Translations under genes and position numbers: made by a program
In this document: piece by piece, positions 22,857-40,900 of the stretch
How positions within the stretch are numbered: position 1 is the first letter of the stretch
Layout: each line of letters begins with the position of its first letter
The notes under the pieces: model-generated
Seen by the model: only the letters and a program-made list of their open reading frames with translations
What the model was told of the DNA's origin: nothing
Databases searched by the model: none
NCBI GenBank assembly: GCA_002269645.1
Contig: NIVC01002712.1
Location: 83,582-147,581 of the forward strand
Source: Macrostomum lignano
Lineage: Eukaryota
Length of the DNA: 64,000 bases
Direction of reading: 5' to 3'

Positions 22857-23384
22857 GTCAAGCATTCGAGCTACTGAAAAATTCATGCTATTTGAAACAC
22901 CTAGTACTAAGAAGGCTGATTTTGTCCTTAACTCCGCGACTCTCTGTATCGCTATTCTGCAACTGGCAAAACTAGTACGAGTGTACTGGGGGGGATTTCA
23001 ATGTAATTTGAGCCATTACGGAATAGCCTCACAATGGTTAGAGCGGAGAGAGAGAGAGAGAAAGAGAGCTGAGGAGCTGAGAGCTGAACAATGAGCATCT
23101 GAGTGTCTGTACTCTTGTAGCTATTTTAGTACATGATCAGCTGACCCAGCATAACAGGGCGGCAATGGTGGAGCATGGTAATTCTGTGGAATTTCCGCGG
23201 AATTCATGGAAATAATGTTATTTTTATAACACGCACTAATGATGTTCCTTATTAGTTAGTACACTTTAGTGTTTTGGAAAAAAATGATGATTATCTTGTT
23301 TAACATGCGTTTATAGTATTGTAAACAAATTTACGTCCTACATACAGTAGTCTCTCAACTGTCCCCTGCCAGTTCTTCCATACA

Positions 23385-23580
23385 ATGCCACTTGACCCCT
23401 GCCTGTCCTACCATAGAAAATGTCACTGACCGCTGCCTGTCCTACCATAGAAAATGTCACTGACCGCTGCCTGTCCTACCATAGAAAATGTCACTGACCG
23501 CTGCCTGTCCTACCATAGAAAATGTCACTGACCGCTGCCTGTCCTACCATAGAAAATGTCACTGACCCCTGCCAGTTCTA
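23385..23580. repeat. 34-bp tandem array (CTGCCTGTCCTACCATAGAAAATGTCACTGACCG)
   Basis: About 5 near-perfect copies. Confidence 0.9.
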
Positions 23581-24482
23581 AAAGGAAGCGCCACTACCGC
23601 ATTATAGTGTCACGTCTATAGTGTGACACTCACTACATTATAAAATTCCTATAAGTTCAAACGAAAGGAAAAAAATCAGAGTAAAAAATACATTTAGATT
23701 TTAACCAACATTGCAACGCGCTACTTACACGCACACCTTGAGGCCAAAGATAAGCACCGGTCGCCGACTACCCTCGAAATAAAAAAGCAAAAACAGTTTA
23801 GCTTTTTGTAGCCAAATGTGTCTACAGGTCTATCTCGGAAGGAATTTCCGCGGAATTACCTCCGTAAGCCAAGCTAACTAAAGTCCAGCTATTTATTGTT
23901 ATTTATTCAACTCTCAGCTTCTGCCGATCACGTGACATTTTTACCAACTCGAAGGTCAGGATTTTATCTGACTAGCGCAATGTTTAAAAATACGCTAGTA
24001 GAAACTAAAAGACCCTACCCATGAATATTTGTTATTCAGTCGGGCTTGCTTATCAGTTTTCAATCAAAAATAAATTTTGCAGTTTCTTTGCTTTCATAGA
24101 AGATCATCTTTCCATGCAGAGGAGATTTCCTGTGCCCCCCCCCATTGCAATACCCACCTAACTCATTTGGTTGAAACTTAAAAACATTGCAACGTGGCTA
24201 TTAAACGTGTACTTAAAACTACCAACCTGAATGCAACTAATAGCAACAAATTTGTGTCTATTAACTGCCCTAACCCGAGCTGCTCCACCTGACAACAGCA
24301 TGGGCAGGCAGTAAAAATGATTTTAAATAATTATTTTTCTGATCGTAAAAAATCCATTGCTTCCGGTGGCAGTCAGTCTACAAATAATCAAGTTGCTGCT
24401 CGGACCCAGAAGCAAGTCGAACCAGAGCAATCTCAAAGCAGTCTCAAAGCCGAACTCGAACACTCCAAAGAAGCCGTTCGCC

Positions 24483-24710
24483 ATGCTCCGCACAGCCGCC
24501 CTCTCCCTGCTGCTGCTCGCTCTGCTGCTCTGCTCGACTCCCTCCGTCATGGCCGCCCAGCGGGGCGCGCGCAACGCCGAAGAGCTCAGCCAGGACCTCG
24601 ACAAGGTGATCCAGATGGGCCTCGGGCTGCTGTGCGACTCCATGAGCCTCCTGGACCAGTCCGACCCCAGGACCGCCCGGCTCTCCATCCTGTGCCAGGC
24701 CAGGAGCTAG
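24483..24710 (+). CDS. Small secreted peptide precursor, copy 1 (75 aa)
   Basis: MLRTAALSLLLLALLLCSTPSVMA resembles a signal peptide, followed by RGAR and a 45-aa two-Cys segment. The coding island is GC-rich, and a second copy differs only synonymously. Confidence 0.7.
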   Translation: MLRTAALSLLLLALLLCSTPSVMAAQRGARNAEELSQDLDKVIQMGLGLLCDSMSLLDQSDPRTARLSILCQARS

Positions 24711-24999
24711 GATATTGGAATAATGCAAATCTTTAATGCTGCAATCAAATATACAAGTGGCTATTGAGCACTGGTTTCCTCTGATGCTCTGATGCCATAG
24801 CTAACGTTGCCATTTTCAGTTTTTAGTTCAAATGTCCTCACTACTATAGCTAAAACTTTTTATGCTAGAGCCAGGCATTTATCAGATAAGAGAGGAATGC
24901 GTGTCACTCTGGTGGAAACAGATTTGAATAGACAGCTATACCAATCGAATCGTACATGCAAACATTCGTAATAATCCTTTTGTACATGAGCAATTTCCT

Positions 25000-26102
25000 T
25001 CGAGCCATGGCATCTCAGAACTCCCTCATTGAGTCTATAGCATCTCAGCAACTCCTTCATTGAGCCATGGCATCTCAAAAACTCCCCATTGAGCCATGGC
25101 ATCTCAGCAACTCCCCATTGAGCCATGGCATCTCAGAAACTCCCATTGAGCCAATTGGCATCTCAGAAACTCCCCATTGAGCCATGGCATCTCAGAAACT
25201 CCCATTGAGCCAATTGGCATCTCAGAAACTCCCCATTGAGCCAATTGGCATCTCAGAAACTCCCCATTGACCCAATTGGCATCTCAGCAACTCCCCATTG
25301 AGCCATGGCATCTCAGCAACTCCCCCATTGAGCCATGGCATCTCAGCAACTCCCCATTGAGCCATGGCATCTCAGCAACTCCCCCCATTGAGCCATGGCA
25401 TCTCAGCAACTCCCCATTGAGCCATGGCATCTCAGCAACTCCCCCATTGAGCCATGGCATCTCAGCAACTCCCCCATTGAGCCATGGCATCTCAGCAACT
25501 CCCCCATTGAGCCAATTGGCATCTCAGCAACTCCCCATTGAGCCAATTGGCATCTCAGCAACTCCCCATTGAGCCAATTGGCATCTCAGCAACTCCCCCA
25601 TTGAGCCAATTGGCATCTCAGCAACTCCCCCATTGAGCCAATTGGCATCTCAGCAACTCCCCATTGAGCCAATTGGCATCTCAGCAACTCCCCATTGAGC
25701 CAATTGGCATCTCAGCAACTCCCCCATTGAGCCAATTGGCATCTCAGCAACTCCCCATTGAGCCAATTGACATCTCAGCAACTCCCCATTGAGCCAATTG
25801 GCATCTCAGCAACTCCCCATTGAGCCAATTGGCATCTCAGCAACTCCCCATTGAGCCATGGCATCTCAGCAACTCCCCATTGAGCCATGGCATCTCAGCA
25901 ACTCCCCCATTGAGCCATGGCATCTCAGCAACTCCCCCATTGAGCCATGGCATCTCAGCAACTCCCCCATTGAGCCATGGCATCTCAGCAACTCCCCCAT
26001 TGAGCCATGGCATCTCAGCAACTCCCCCATTGAGCCATGGCATCTCAGCAACTCCCCCATTGAGCCATGGCATCTCAGCAACTCCCCCATTAAGTACTGG
26101 CA
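25000..26102 (+). repeat. 29-31-bp tandem array (GAGCCATGGCATCTCAGCAACTCCCCCATT)
   Basis: More than 30 copies; the same unit is inverted at 26416-26722. Confidence 0.92.
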
Positions 26103-26415
26103 TCTCACATACAAGACAATCTCTATTAAAGCTACACTAAACAACTACAGTTCGTCGTTTAGACTGCAAATAAAAGGGCCAAAGGGGCAAAATTTGTAGA
26201 CCAACGTAACGAGGGCCAAAATTCTGGTACTAACGCGAACAGTTTATTCATATGGTAATAACAGGTCAAAAACAGTTTTAACTGTCGACTTTTAAGGCGC
26301 TAAGAATGGTTTCATTTATGCAGCAGAAACAACTGTATTAGTTCCAAAGGGAGTCAACAGCGGTCCCGGTCACTGAGTCAGCTCACTGACTCCTGGCCTG
26401 GCACAGGATGGAGAG

Positions 26416-26722
26416 GCCATGGCTCAATGGGGGAGTTGCTGAGATGCCATGGCTCAATGGGGGAGTTGCTGAGATGCCATGGCTCAATGGGGGAGTTGCT
26501 GAGATGCCATGGCTCAATGGGGGAGTTGCTGAGATGCCATGGCTCAATGGGGGAGTTGCTGAGATGCCATGGCTCAATGGGGAGTTGCTGAGATGCCATG
26601 GCTCAATGGGGGAGTTGCTGAGATGCCATGGCTCAATGGGGAGTTGCTGAGATGCCATGGCTCAATGGGGAGTTGCTGAGATGCCATAGACTCAATGAGG
26701 GAGTTCTGAGATGCCATGGCTC
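26416..26722 (-). repeat. Inverted copy of the 30-bp array
   Basis: About 10 copies, reverse complement of the 25000-26102 unit. Confidence 0.92.
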
Positions 26723-27013
26723 GAAGGAAATTGCTCATGTACAAAAGGATTATTACGAATGTTTGCATGTACGATTCGATTGGTATAGCTGTCTATTCAA
26801 ATCTGTTTCCACCAGAGTGACACGCATTCCTCTCTTATCTGATAAATGCCTGGCTCTAGCATAAAAAGTTTTAGCTATAGCAGTGAGGACATTTGAACTA
26901 AAAACTGAAAATTGCAACGTTAGCTATGGCATCAGAGTATCAGAGGAAATCAGTGCTCAATAGCCACTTGTATATTTGATTGAAGCATTAAAGATTTGCA
27001 TTATTCCAATAGC

Positions 27014-27241
27014 CTAGCTCCTGGCCTGGCACAGGATGGAGAGCCGGGCGGTCCTGGGGTCGGACTGGTCCAGGAGGCTCATGGAGTCGCACAGCAGCCC
27101 GAGGCCCATCTGGATCACCTTGTCGAGGTCCTGGCTGAGCTCTTCGGCGTTGCGGGCGCCCCGCTGGGCGGCCATGACGGAGGGAGTCGAGCAGAGCAGC
27201 AGAGCGAGCAGCAGCAGGGAGAGGGCGGCTGTGCGGAGCAT
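27014..27241 (-). CDS. Small secreted peptide precursor, copy 2 (75 aa, identical protein)
   Basis: Inverted copy of 24483-24710; I saw one synonymous Ala change (GCG vs GCC). Confidence 0.7.
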   Translation of the reverse strand: MLRTAALSLLLLALLLCSTPSVMAAQRGARNAEELSQDLDKVIQMGLGLLCDSMSLLDQSDPRTARLSILCQARS

Positions 27242-27584
27242 GGCGAACGGCTTCTTTGGAGTGTTCGAGTTCGGCTTTGAGACTGCTTGGATGTCGGTTA
27301 GACTTGCTTCTGGGTCTGCGCAGCTTTCTGGCTATTTGTAGGCCGTCTGCGACCGGAAGCAATCGGTCTAACGGATCAATAAAATTGTAATTATCTTCGA
27401 CGAACACAGTTCATGACCGATGACAATAAAATTGATTGAGCTGGTGATTGATTCATGTAGCCTTTTACGAGCGTAGTTTTTTTATTGTTCTGAAAATCGA
27501 TCCAGGAAGTTCCTATGCTAAGTGGAAGATTTTCTTTAAGGTAAGCTACTGCTGCCTGACAATGCGCCAAGGACAAGGAGACTA

Positions 27585-28119
27585 GGGGCTTTAGCACCAG
27601 GGGCTTTAGCACCAGGGGCTTTAGCACCAGAGGCTTTAGCACCAGGGGCTTTAGCACCAGGGGCTTTAGCACCAGGGGCTTTAGCACCAGGGGCTTTAGC
27701 ACCAGGGGCTTTAGCACCAGGGGCTTTAGCACCAGGGGCTTTAGCACCAGGGGCTTTAGCACCAGGGGCTTTAGCACCAGGGGCTTTAGCACCAGGGGCT
27801 TTAGCACCAGGGGCTTTAGCACCAGGGGATTTAGCACCAGGGGCTTTAGCACCAGGGGATTTAGCACCAGGGGCTTTAGCACCAGGGGATTTAGCACCAG
27901 GGGCTTTAGCACCAGAGGCTTTAGCACCAGGGGCTTTAGCACCAGGGGCTTACCACCAGGGGCGCCAGCACCAGGGGCGCCAGCACCAGGGGCTCCAGCA
28001 CCAGGGGCGCCAGCACCAGGGGCGCCAGCACCAGGGGCTCCAGCACCAGGGGCGCCAGCACCAGGGGCGCCAGCACCAGGGGCTCCAGCACCAGGGGCGC
28101 CAGCACCAGGGGCGCCAGA
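27585..28119. repeat. 15-bp tandem arrays (GGGGCTTTAGCACCA, then GGGGCGCCAGCACCA)
   Basis: About 24 plus 11 copies, with an abrupt switch of unit variant at about 27950. Confidence 0.92.
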
Positions 28120-28374
28120 ACGTTTTTTTTAATGTTGAACGGCCTTCAATGGTCGACAACGCGAATCGCTCGACTTCTTCGTTTCGCCTTTAATTTGTCA
28201 GATCTTCGCTGAAGCTGGTGTTGCACTGTTGCAGTCGGTGAACAGTTTCTTCAAGCGACCTTGTAGTACTCAACCCCATGAGCTGCTGCTGGAAGTTGCA
28301 AATAAGATATACGCAAATGGGTTTTTTAAGTTTTTACCTGGCTCAGCATCTAATAGCCAAGGACAAGGAGACTA

Positions 28375-28615
28375 TATGAATCTATTTGAATCTATGGGAA
28401 TAATCACTGAGAATCTATGGGAATGTTCAATGGGAATCTATGGGAATAATCAATAAGATTCTATGGGAATAATCAATGGGAATCTATGGGAATCTATGGG
28501 AATAATCAATAGGAATCTATGTGAATAATTAATAATAATCTATGGGAATAATCAATGGGACTCTATGGGAATCTATGGGGGGTCAATTGGGAATGTTTAG
28601 GAATCTATGGGAATC
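28375..28615. repeat. Degenerate AATCTATGGG-based tandem repeat
   Basis: Recurrent ATCTATGGGAAT motif. Confidence 0.75.
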
Positions 28616-28744
28616 TCAGAAAGTTTCTAGGAGTCCCTAGCTCCCAGTCCAGTGGAAGTTCTAGGTGTCCCTGGCTCCCAGTCCAGTGTGAGTTCTAAGA
28701 GTCCCTAACTTCTGCACGGGGAGTTTTTACACGATAAAAGTAAC

Positions 28745-34290
<5,546 letters not shown>

Positions 34291-34712
34291 TAACTATATT
34301 CTGCGCAATTCAGCTGCCTCTGTAGATAAGTGGTGTCTCTCCCGTGTGTTTACTGGGACAATTGAACTGGAGCCTATAATGGCCCCTAGGGTTCACGTGG
34401 GCTCCTATGGCGTTTAATAAGGAACATTGTAGTAATTGCAATTTACTAAACCTCAACTACATCACTGTATGTACTATTTATGGGATTTATATGCTTGCAA
34501 CTAAGCGGTATGTACGTATATCACGGTACTATAAGGGTGACAATGCACTGTCTAAGAGGGTACTAAAAGCGTAATCGATGTAAATGATTCATATTATGGA
34601 GTTTGTCATGTTTTCTGGGTGATTAAAACGATTAAGCTGAAAATAGAACTGACTCGATTCGTTTCATTTCATTGGAGGGGTAAGAGCACCTTTTGAGTCG
34701 ACTAAATTTCAT

Positions 34713-35210
34713 TATCAAGGGCGCCATTTTAATATCAAGGGTGCCATTTCAATATCAAGGGTGCCATTTCAATATCAAGGGCGCCATTTCAATATCAAGG
34801 GTGCCATTTCAATATCAAGTGTGCCATTTCAATATCAAGGGTGCCATTTCAATATCAAGGGTGCCATTTCAATATCAAGGGCGCCATTTCAATATCAAGG
34901 GTGCCATTTCAATATCAAGGGTGCCATTTCAATATCAAGGGTGCCATTTCAATATCAAGGGTGCCATTTCAATATCAAGGGCGCCATTTCATATCAAGGG
35001 CGCCATTTCATATCAAGGGCGCAATTTCAGTATCAAGGGCGCCATTTCATATCAAGGGCGCCATTTCAGTATCAAGGGCGCCATTTCAATATCAAGGGCG
35101 CCATTTCAGTATCAAGGGCGCCATTTCAGTATCAAGGGTGCCATTTCAATATCAAGGGCTTTAGCACCAGGGGCGCCAGCACCAGGGGCGCCAGCACCAG
35201 GGCGCCAGAA
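34713..35210. repeat. 20-bp tandem array (TCAAGGGTGCCATTTCAATA) ending in the 15-bp AGCACCAGGGG motif
   Basis: About 22 copies; the tail matches the 27.6-28.1 kb units. Confidence 0.9.
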
Positions 35211-37329
35211 CCGCACAATTAATATTTACCATAATTATTTACGTAATTTTACAGTTCTCTGAAAATATTCAAATGATAATAGTACGAGCCATTGCACCTA
35301 GGATAGGGCACGTAGCTCAACGCCCTTTGATGACATATCGTTCTACATCAAGCGCAGAAGCGATTCTGACCATTCCGCTGACTGCATGCAAGCGTGCCAA
35401 TACTGTACACAGGCCACGCACTGATGCACATTGCTCACACAGGGTGCAGCGGCCCTGAATAATTCTAATTGGTCGGCACATCTTCAAATCTCTTTCTATA
35501 TGTTTTTATTGCTTAATGAGCGTTGCCGCGCGCAAAGAATCGTCAAACCAAAAGTTGTGGCCGCTGCTGAGAGCTGCTCTGCCCCAAAAGATGCGTGAGT
35601 CACCCGCAGTTAATTTACGCAAATTTTGCTGCTTTACTGCCGCAGCCTATGCGTGGGACAGTGTACTCGTGGCTATAGTTGAAATAGATTTTAACTAGAT
35701 GCCGAGGCATCTCTGAATCAATGCAAAGCATATAGTTACTCCTGCTGTTTACTCAGATGTACATGTAGGCGAGCTCTTTGCCGAAGGTCTCAGAGGTGAG
35801 CAAGCTGAGGATAAAAAAAATTAAGTGCCACTAATAAAACTTTTTAAACAGCTTTCAGTGGTCCAATATTCCAATGCCGATAAGATACAGTCTCTTAAAA
35901 AATTCAGCCGTACAATAAATACTCTGTGTCTATATCCTTAATTATCTTGCCCATGAGGAGGCTGAACTCAATACAGCTTATACTACGTACGTTACAGATC
36001 AACGTTTGTTGTTTCAGAAGGCCAACCTTCTTTATTGTCATTATCCATGAGGTTTACAATTTCTAAGCATTTCTAAGTTTATTAAAAGGTCTCTGCAATC
36101 ATATAATATCTAGGATAATTTTTGGATCCATGGATTTATTTACATATTTACAGTGTAACTATAATCAGAAAAAGCATTTTCTGGCTAAAAACATGACTTT
36201 TACCGCTTTAACTTAGTGTATTTGGATAAAAAACGAGAAAAACTTCCGGGAAATACGAGTTTCGCGTCTTCCTATGAGAGTATCTTTTGACAAAGGTCGA
36301 ACTCGGAACTTCCGATATTTTAGTTTTAGTCTCCGGCTTACTATGCGATTAATTTTAAGCATTAAAACAAACAATATATGCAAGTAAATTATAACCACAA
36401 AGCAAGGACTGTGTTTAAACTAATAAAGCTGATAATTTATAAAGTATTTTTTTAAATGTTTAATTACCAACGATTTTAATCTGCTCTTAGGCGTCAAAGA
36501 AACTTTTCAACTGGAAAAATCGGGCATAATTATACAATTTTTTGTCGGATTTAAAAAGCTTTTAAATTTCAAGGTTAACTTTCAGGACAAATTCCAGCCG
36601 AAAAGTTATGCTAATTGAAACCCCGTGAATCCAATTGATACTTATTTTAGGGTCCGTTTTTATTTCAAATCATCAATAACAATAATGGACGAAATCATTA
36701 CTAATCGCACGTTGTCGTTTTGGAAAGCAATTTCCTCGCAGGTAAAAAACTGCTGGCAACTGGCTTAATAAAATTCATTTTTCTGGCCTATTATCGCTTT
36801 TAGTACTCTTTTTCGATAAAAATTTGCTATGCCAAGAGTGATCTATGTTTAAAGATTTGTATTGTATATCATTGACTTATGACTATTATTATTAGTACTT
36901 ACATATATAGCTTAAGTAACCACTAACATGAAATTTAGTATTAAATAAAGCCTATCAAATTTTATATTTTATAGATCATTTTTTTGTAAATTTAAGGCCT
37001 GCTACACTTTCATTATTCAAAGCCTACTCAATTTTTAAAAAAATCTACTTTTAATTGTTTACATGGTCTCTTTTTTATCATAGATACCTTAGCTTTTGAA
37101 AATTTGAAAATGTCTCTTTATTTTAATGAATAATTTTTTTACTAAAAATTCTACTTTTTAAATAAACTGAATGAATTTATCTTCGACTACAAAATAAGAA
37201 AATAATCTGATGAACTGAGCGAGAGAATTCATCATAGACTAAAATGATATAAACATTATCAATATTCCATGCGTTAAAATTCAATTTAGTAGTTTTTGGG
37301 ATTTTATAATCAAACCCTATTCCCAACAG

Positions 37330-37637
37330 GTCAGCATCGTCTCCAACGCATGCGCCTTGGAGTTCGGTGCCGCGGCCACCGCCGACAGCGCCGACTTTAC
37401 GTCGCCAACAGCTGCAGATCCGACAGCTGCGGGCAGCTCAACGCGTCGGGCCCGGGTTCTGACCGCGCTCGAGCGGCTGGTGTACTTTCTCACGGATGAC
37501 AAGCTGGCCGCCAATTTGGAGCTTGGAAACTCCAACTACAGAATAGTAGAAAATCGAGATGATGAAGCTTTTGATGGAGCTGAGGAAACTGGACAGTTTG
37601 AGCACAGTGCTCAGCCTGCTGCTGTGAGTTTGAGTTA

Positions 37638-37731
<94 letters not shown>

Positions 37732-37732
37732 G

Positions 37733-37775
<43 letters not shown>

Positions 37776-37803
37776 GTCTATCTGTCTATCTATTCATCTA
37801 TCC

Positions 37804-37871
<68 letters not shown>

Positions 37872-37872
37872 G

Positions 37873-37903
<31 letters not shown>

Positions 37904-37931
37904 GTCTATCTGTCTATCTATTCATCTATCC

Positions 37932-37982
<51 letters not shown>

Positions 37983-40900
37983 CCCCCTTTCCCACAGTCC
38001 CAGGTTGCCAAGGAGGTGAAGAGCGCCTGTCACGTATTGAAATCGCCCAGTCTACTCGAGTCCCAGTCTGAGAGGCTGGCTGCCTACAGACGAGTCAAAC
38101 GGGCCCTGGAGAAGGTGGCTGAGTTCGCTGAGAAGGTAAAAGTAGACGTTGTGAATTATTATATAGTAACTGTTTAACTATAATCTACCTGTTAGACATA
38201 AGTATCTACATGTTAGACATAAGTATCTACCTGTTAGACATGCTGTCTACCTGTTAAACCCCCAATTTCAGACCATATCTAACAGCTACAGACAGCTGGT
38301 ATCGCCCGTGCTCGAGTGTCTCGCTGAAAGTCGCAACCTGCTGCAATCCATGGAGAAAGAAATTAGCATGAGAGAGTTGGTGTTACTGCTGACTGTAAGA
38401 TCTTTTATAAGATCTGTGTTGAACTTAACTTCTCTTAAGGCACTTAGGGGTGCCACAACATCACTAGGGAATGCCACAAGGTCAGTAGGGGATGCCATGA
38501 AGTGAATAGAAGGGAGGGACGCCACAAGGTCAGTAGGGGATGCCATGAAGTGAATAGAAGGGAGGGACGCCACAAGGTCAGTAGGGATGCCATGAAGTGA
38601 ATAGAAGGGAGGGACGCCACAAGGTCAGTAGGGGATGCCATGAAGTGAATAGAAGGGAGGGACGCCACAAGGTCAGTAGGGGATGCCATGAAGTGAATAG
38701 AAGGGAGGGACGCCACAAGGTCAGTAGGGGATGCCATGAAGTGAATAGAAGGGAGGGACGCCACAAGGTCCGGTTAGAAGTGGAACCCATAATCCACCAC
38801 CAGAAAAGTAATAATCGCCACATTCTCCGTAAATCTATTCAACGTTTTCAATCAGCCGATATGTATCGAAAAGCTGAATTACCCTGTTGCCCGACCAGCC
38901 ATTCACGGAGCGACTGCAGACTTTGCACGTTCAACTCGCCGACCTGCTGAGCCAACTGCGCCACCCAGCTCGGGTGCACTCAGCTCTGGCCCGCCTCCAA
39001 CTGCTCAGACGGCTCCTGCCTCAGCTCAACTCGGCTCTGCAGTCGGCTGTGATGCAGCCCGCCAGCACCACCGCTGGCACCGCGAAATGTGAGCTACTGG
39101 CTCGGGCCCTTGAACTGGTCGACGGCATCGAAGCAGCTTTGATGGCCAGCTCGCAGGCGGGCACCGCCGCTGCCGCCTCCACCGCTGGGTCTTTGGCTGG
39201 CGGTGGCATCTTCGTTGAGAGCGGGCACTTTGTGCTCAATGTTGATGAGGTTTGGGATGCTGAATTCCTAATTCTTTAATTTCTACCTTCTTCCCTTTCG
39301 TTCTCCTTTCATTAATACCTCCCTTCATTCTTATATTCCTTCATTCTACCTCCATTCCAATATCCCTTCATTCCAATATCCCTTCATTCCAATCTCCCTT
39401 CATTCCAATCTCCCTTCATTCCTATCTCCCTTCATTCCCATCTCCCTTCATTCCTATCTCCCTTCATTCCAATCTCCCTTCATTCCCATCTCCCTTCATT
39501 CCTATCTCCCTTCATTCCCATCTCCCTTCATTCCTATCTCCCTTCATTCCCATCTCCCTTCATTCCTATCTCCCTTCATTCCCATCTCCCTTCATTCCTA
39601 TCTCCCTTCATTCCCATCTCCCTTCATTCCAATCTCCCTTCATTCCAATCTCCCTTCATTCCAATCTCCCTTCATTCCTATCTCCCTTCATTCCCATCTC
39701 CCTTCATTCCAATCTCCCTTCATTCCCATCTCCCTTCATTCCTATCTCCCTTCATTCCCATCTCCCTTCATTCCCATCTCCCTTCATTCCCATCTCCCTT
39801 CATTCCAATCTCCCTTCATTCCCATCTCCCTTCATTCCAATCTCCCTTCATTCCCATCTCTCTTCACTTCTATCTCCCTTCATTCCTATCTCCCTTCATT
39901 CCCATCTCCCTTCATTCCCATCTCCCTTTATTCCTATCTCCCTTCATTCCCATCTCCCTTCATTCCTATCTCCCTTCATATCTATTCTTGTCCCTTCATT
40001 GTTTTCTCTATTCCTACCACATCAATCTTCTACCTTGTTAAAACAGGATCTACCTATCAAGTTAAACCCCCCCCAATTTTCCCCGTCAGCTGATCTTCTG
40101 TCTAAACGAAGCCAACCGTCATTTTCTTCGGCCGTCAAAGCTGGAACGTTTGGCGAATTCTTTTCTGCGTCACGTGACCGCAGTTTGCGACCTGCTGCCT
40201 GCTGATGAGGCCGGAGCTACTCAGGCTGCGGCCAGGGAGGTGAGTTGGGGAGACTGGATGATGATGGAGTTGAGGAGTTTTGAAGACTGGGAGATGATGA
40301 AGCTAACAAGGAGGCTGGGCGATGATGAAGCTAGTAAAGAGACTGGGTGATGATGGAGCTAATAGAGTCTAGGCGATGATGTAGCTAATAAGGAGACTGG
40401 GAGATGATGAAGCTAATAAAGAGACTGTGTAATGATGAAGCTAATGAGACTGGGCGATGATGACGACTGAGCTAAGGAATCTGGATCTCTGGTTGATGAA
40501 GCTAAACATTTATATCCTCAACGATAATCTCGCCAGTTCGACGAGCTGAAGGACTCGCTGCTGATGCTGCTGAACTCGTCCGAAGCGGCGGACGACGCAT
40601 CCGCAATGTCGGACTTCAACGGTCTGTGCGACTCACTTGCGGAGCAGTGCAAGCTGATCGAGGCGGGAGTTAATGAGGCTCTGGTGGGCCTGCTGGTGCA
40701 CGCCTTCAACGATGCCGCGGTGCCGCTTGAGCGGCTCTGCCTGCAGCTGATGCAGCGGCCTGGCGAACCGGTGAGGAAACAGGGAAAAGTACATTTTGCT
40801 AGGAAAAGTACATTTTGCTAGGAAAAGTACATTCTAAAAGGAAAAGTACATTTTGATAGGAAAAGTACATTTTGCTAGGAAAAGTACATTCTAAAAGGAA

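Larger units (their letters stand above)
24330..27395. repeat. Large inverted duplication (arms about 24330-26100 and 26415-27395)
   Basis: The gene, about 300 bp of unique 3' sequence and the 30-bp array all recur reverse-complemented, around a spacer at about 26105-26390. Confidence 0.92.

Noticed and set aside
24483-24710. Peptide as a saposin-like protein
   Set aside because: The mature part has only two Cys, whereas the saposin fold needs six.
24317-24736. 139-aa overlapping ORFs at the peptide loci (also 26988-27407)
   Set aside because: These are alternative frames of a GC-rich CDS whose N-termini are not conserved between copies; the 75-aa frame is identical and carries the signal peptide.
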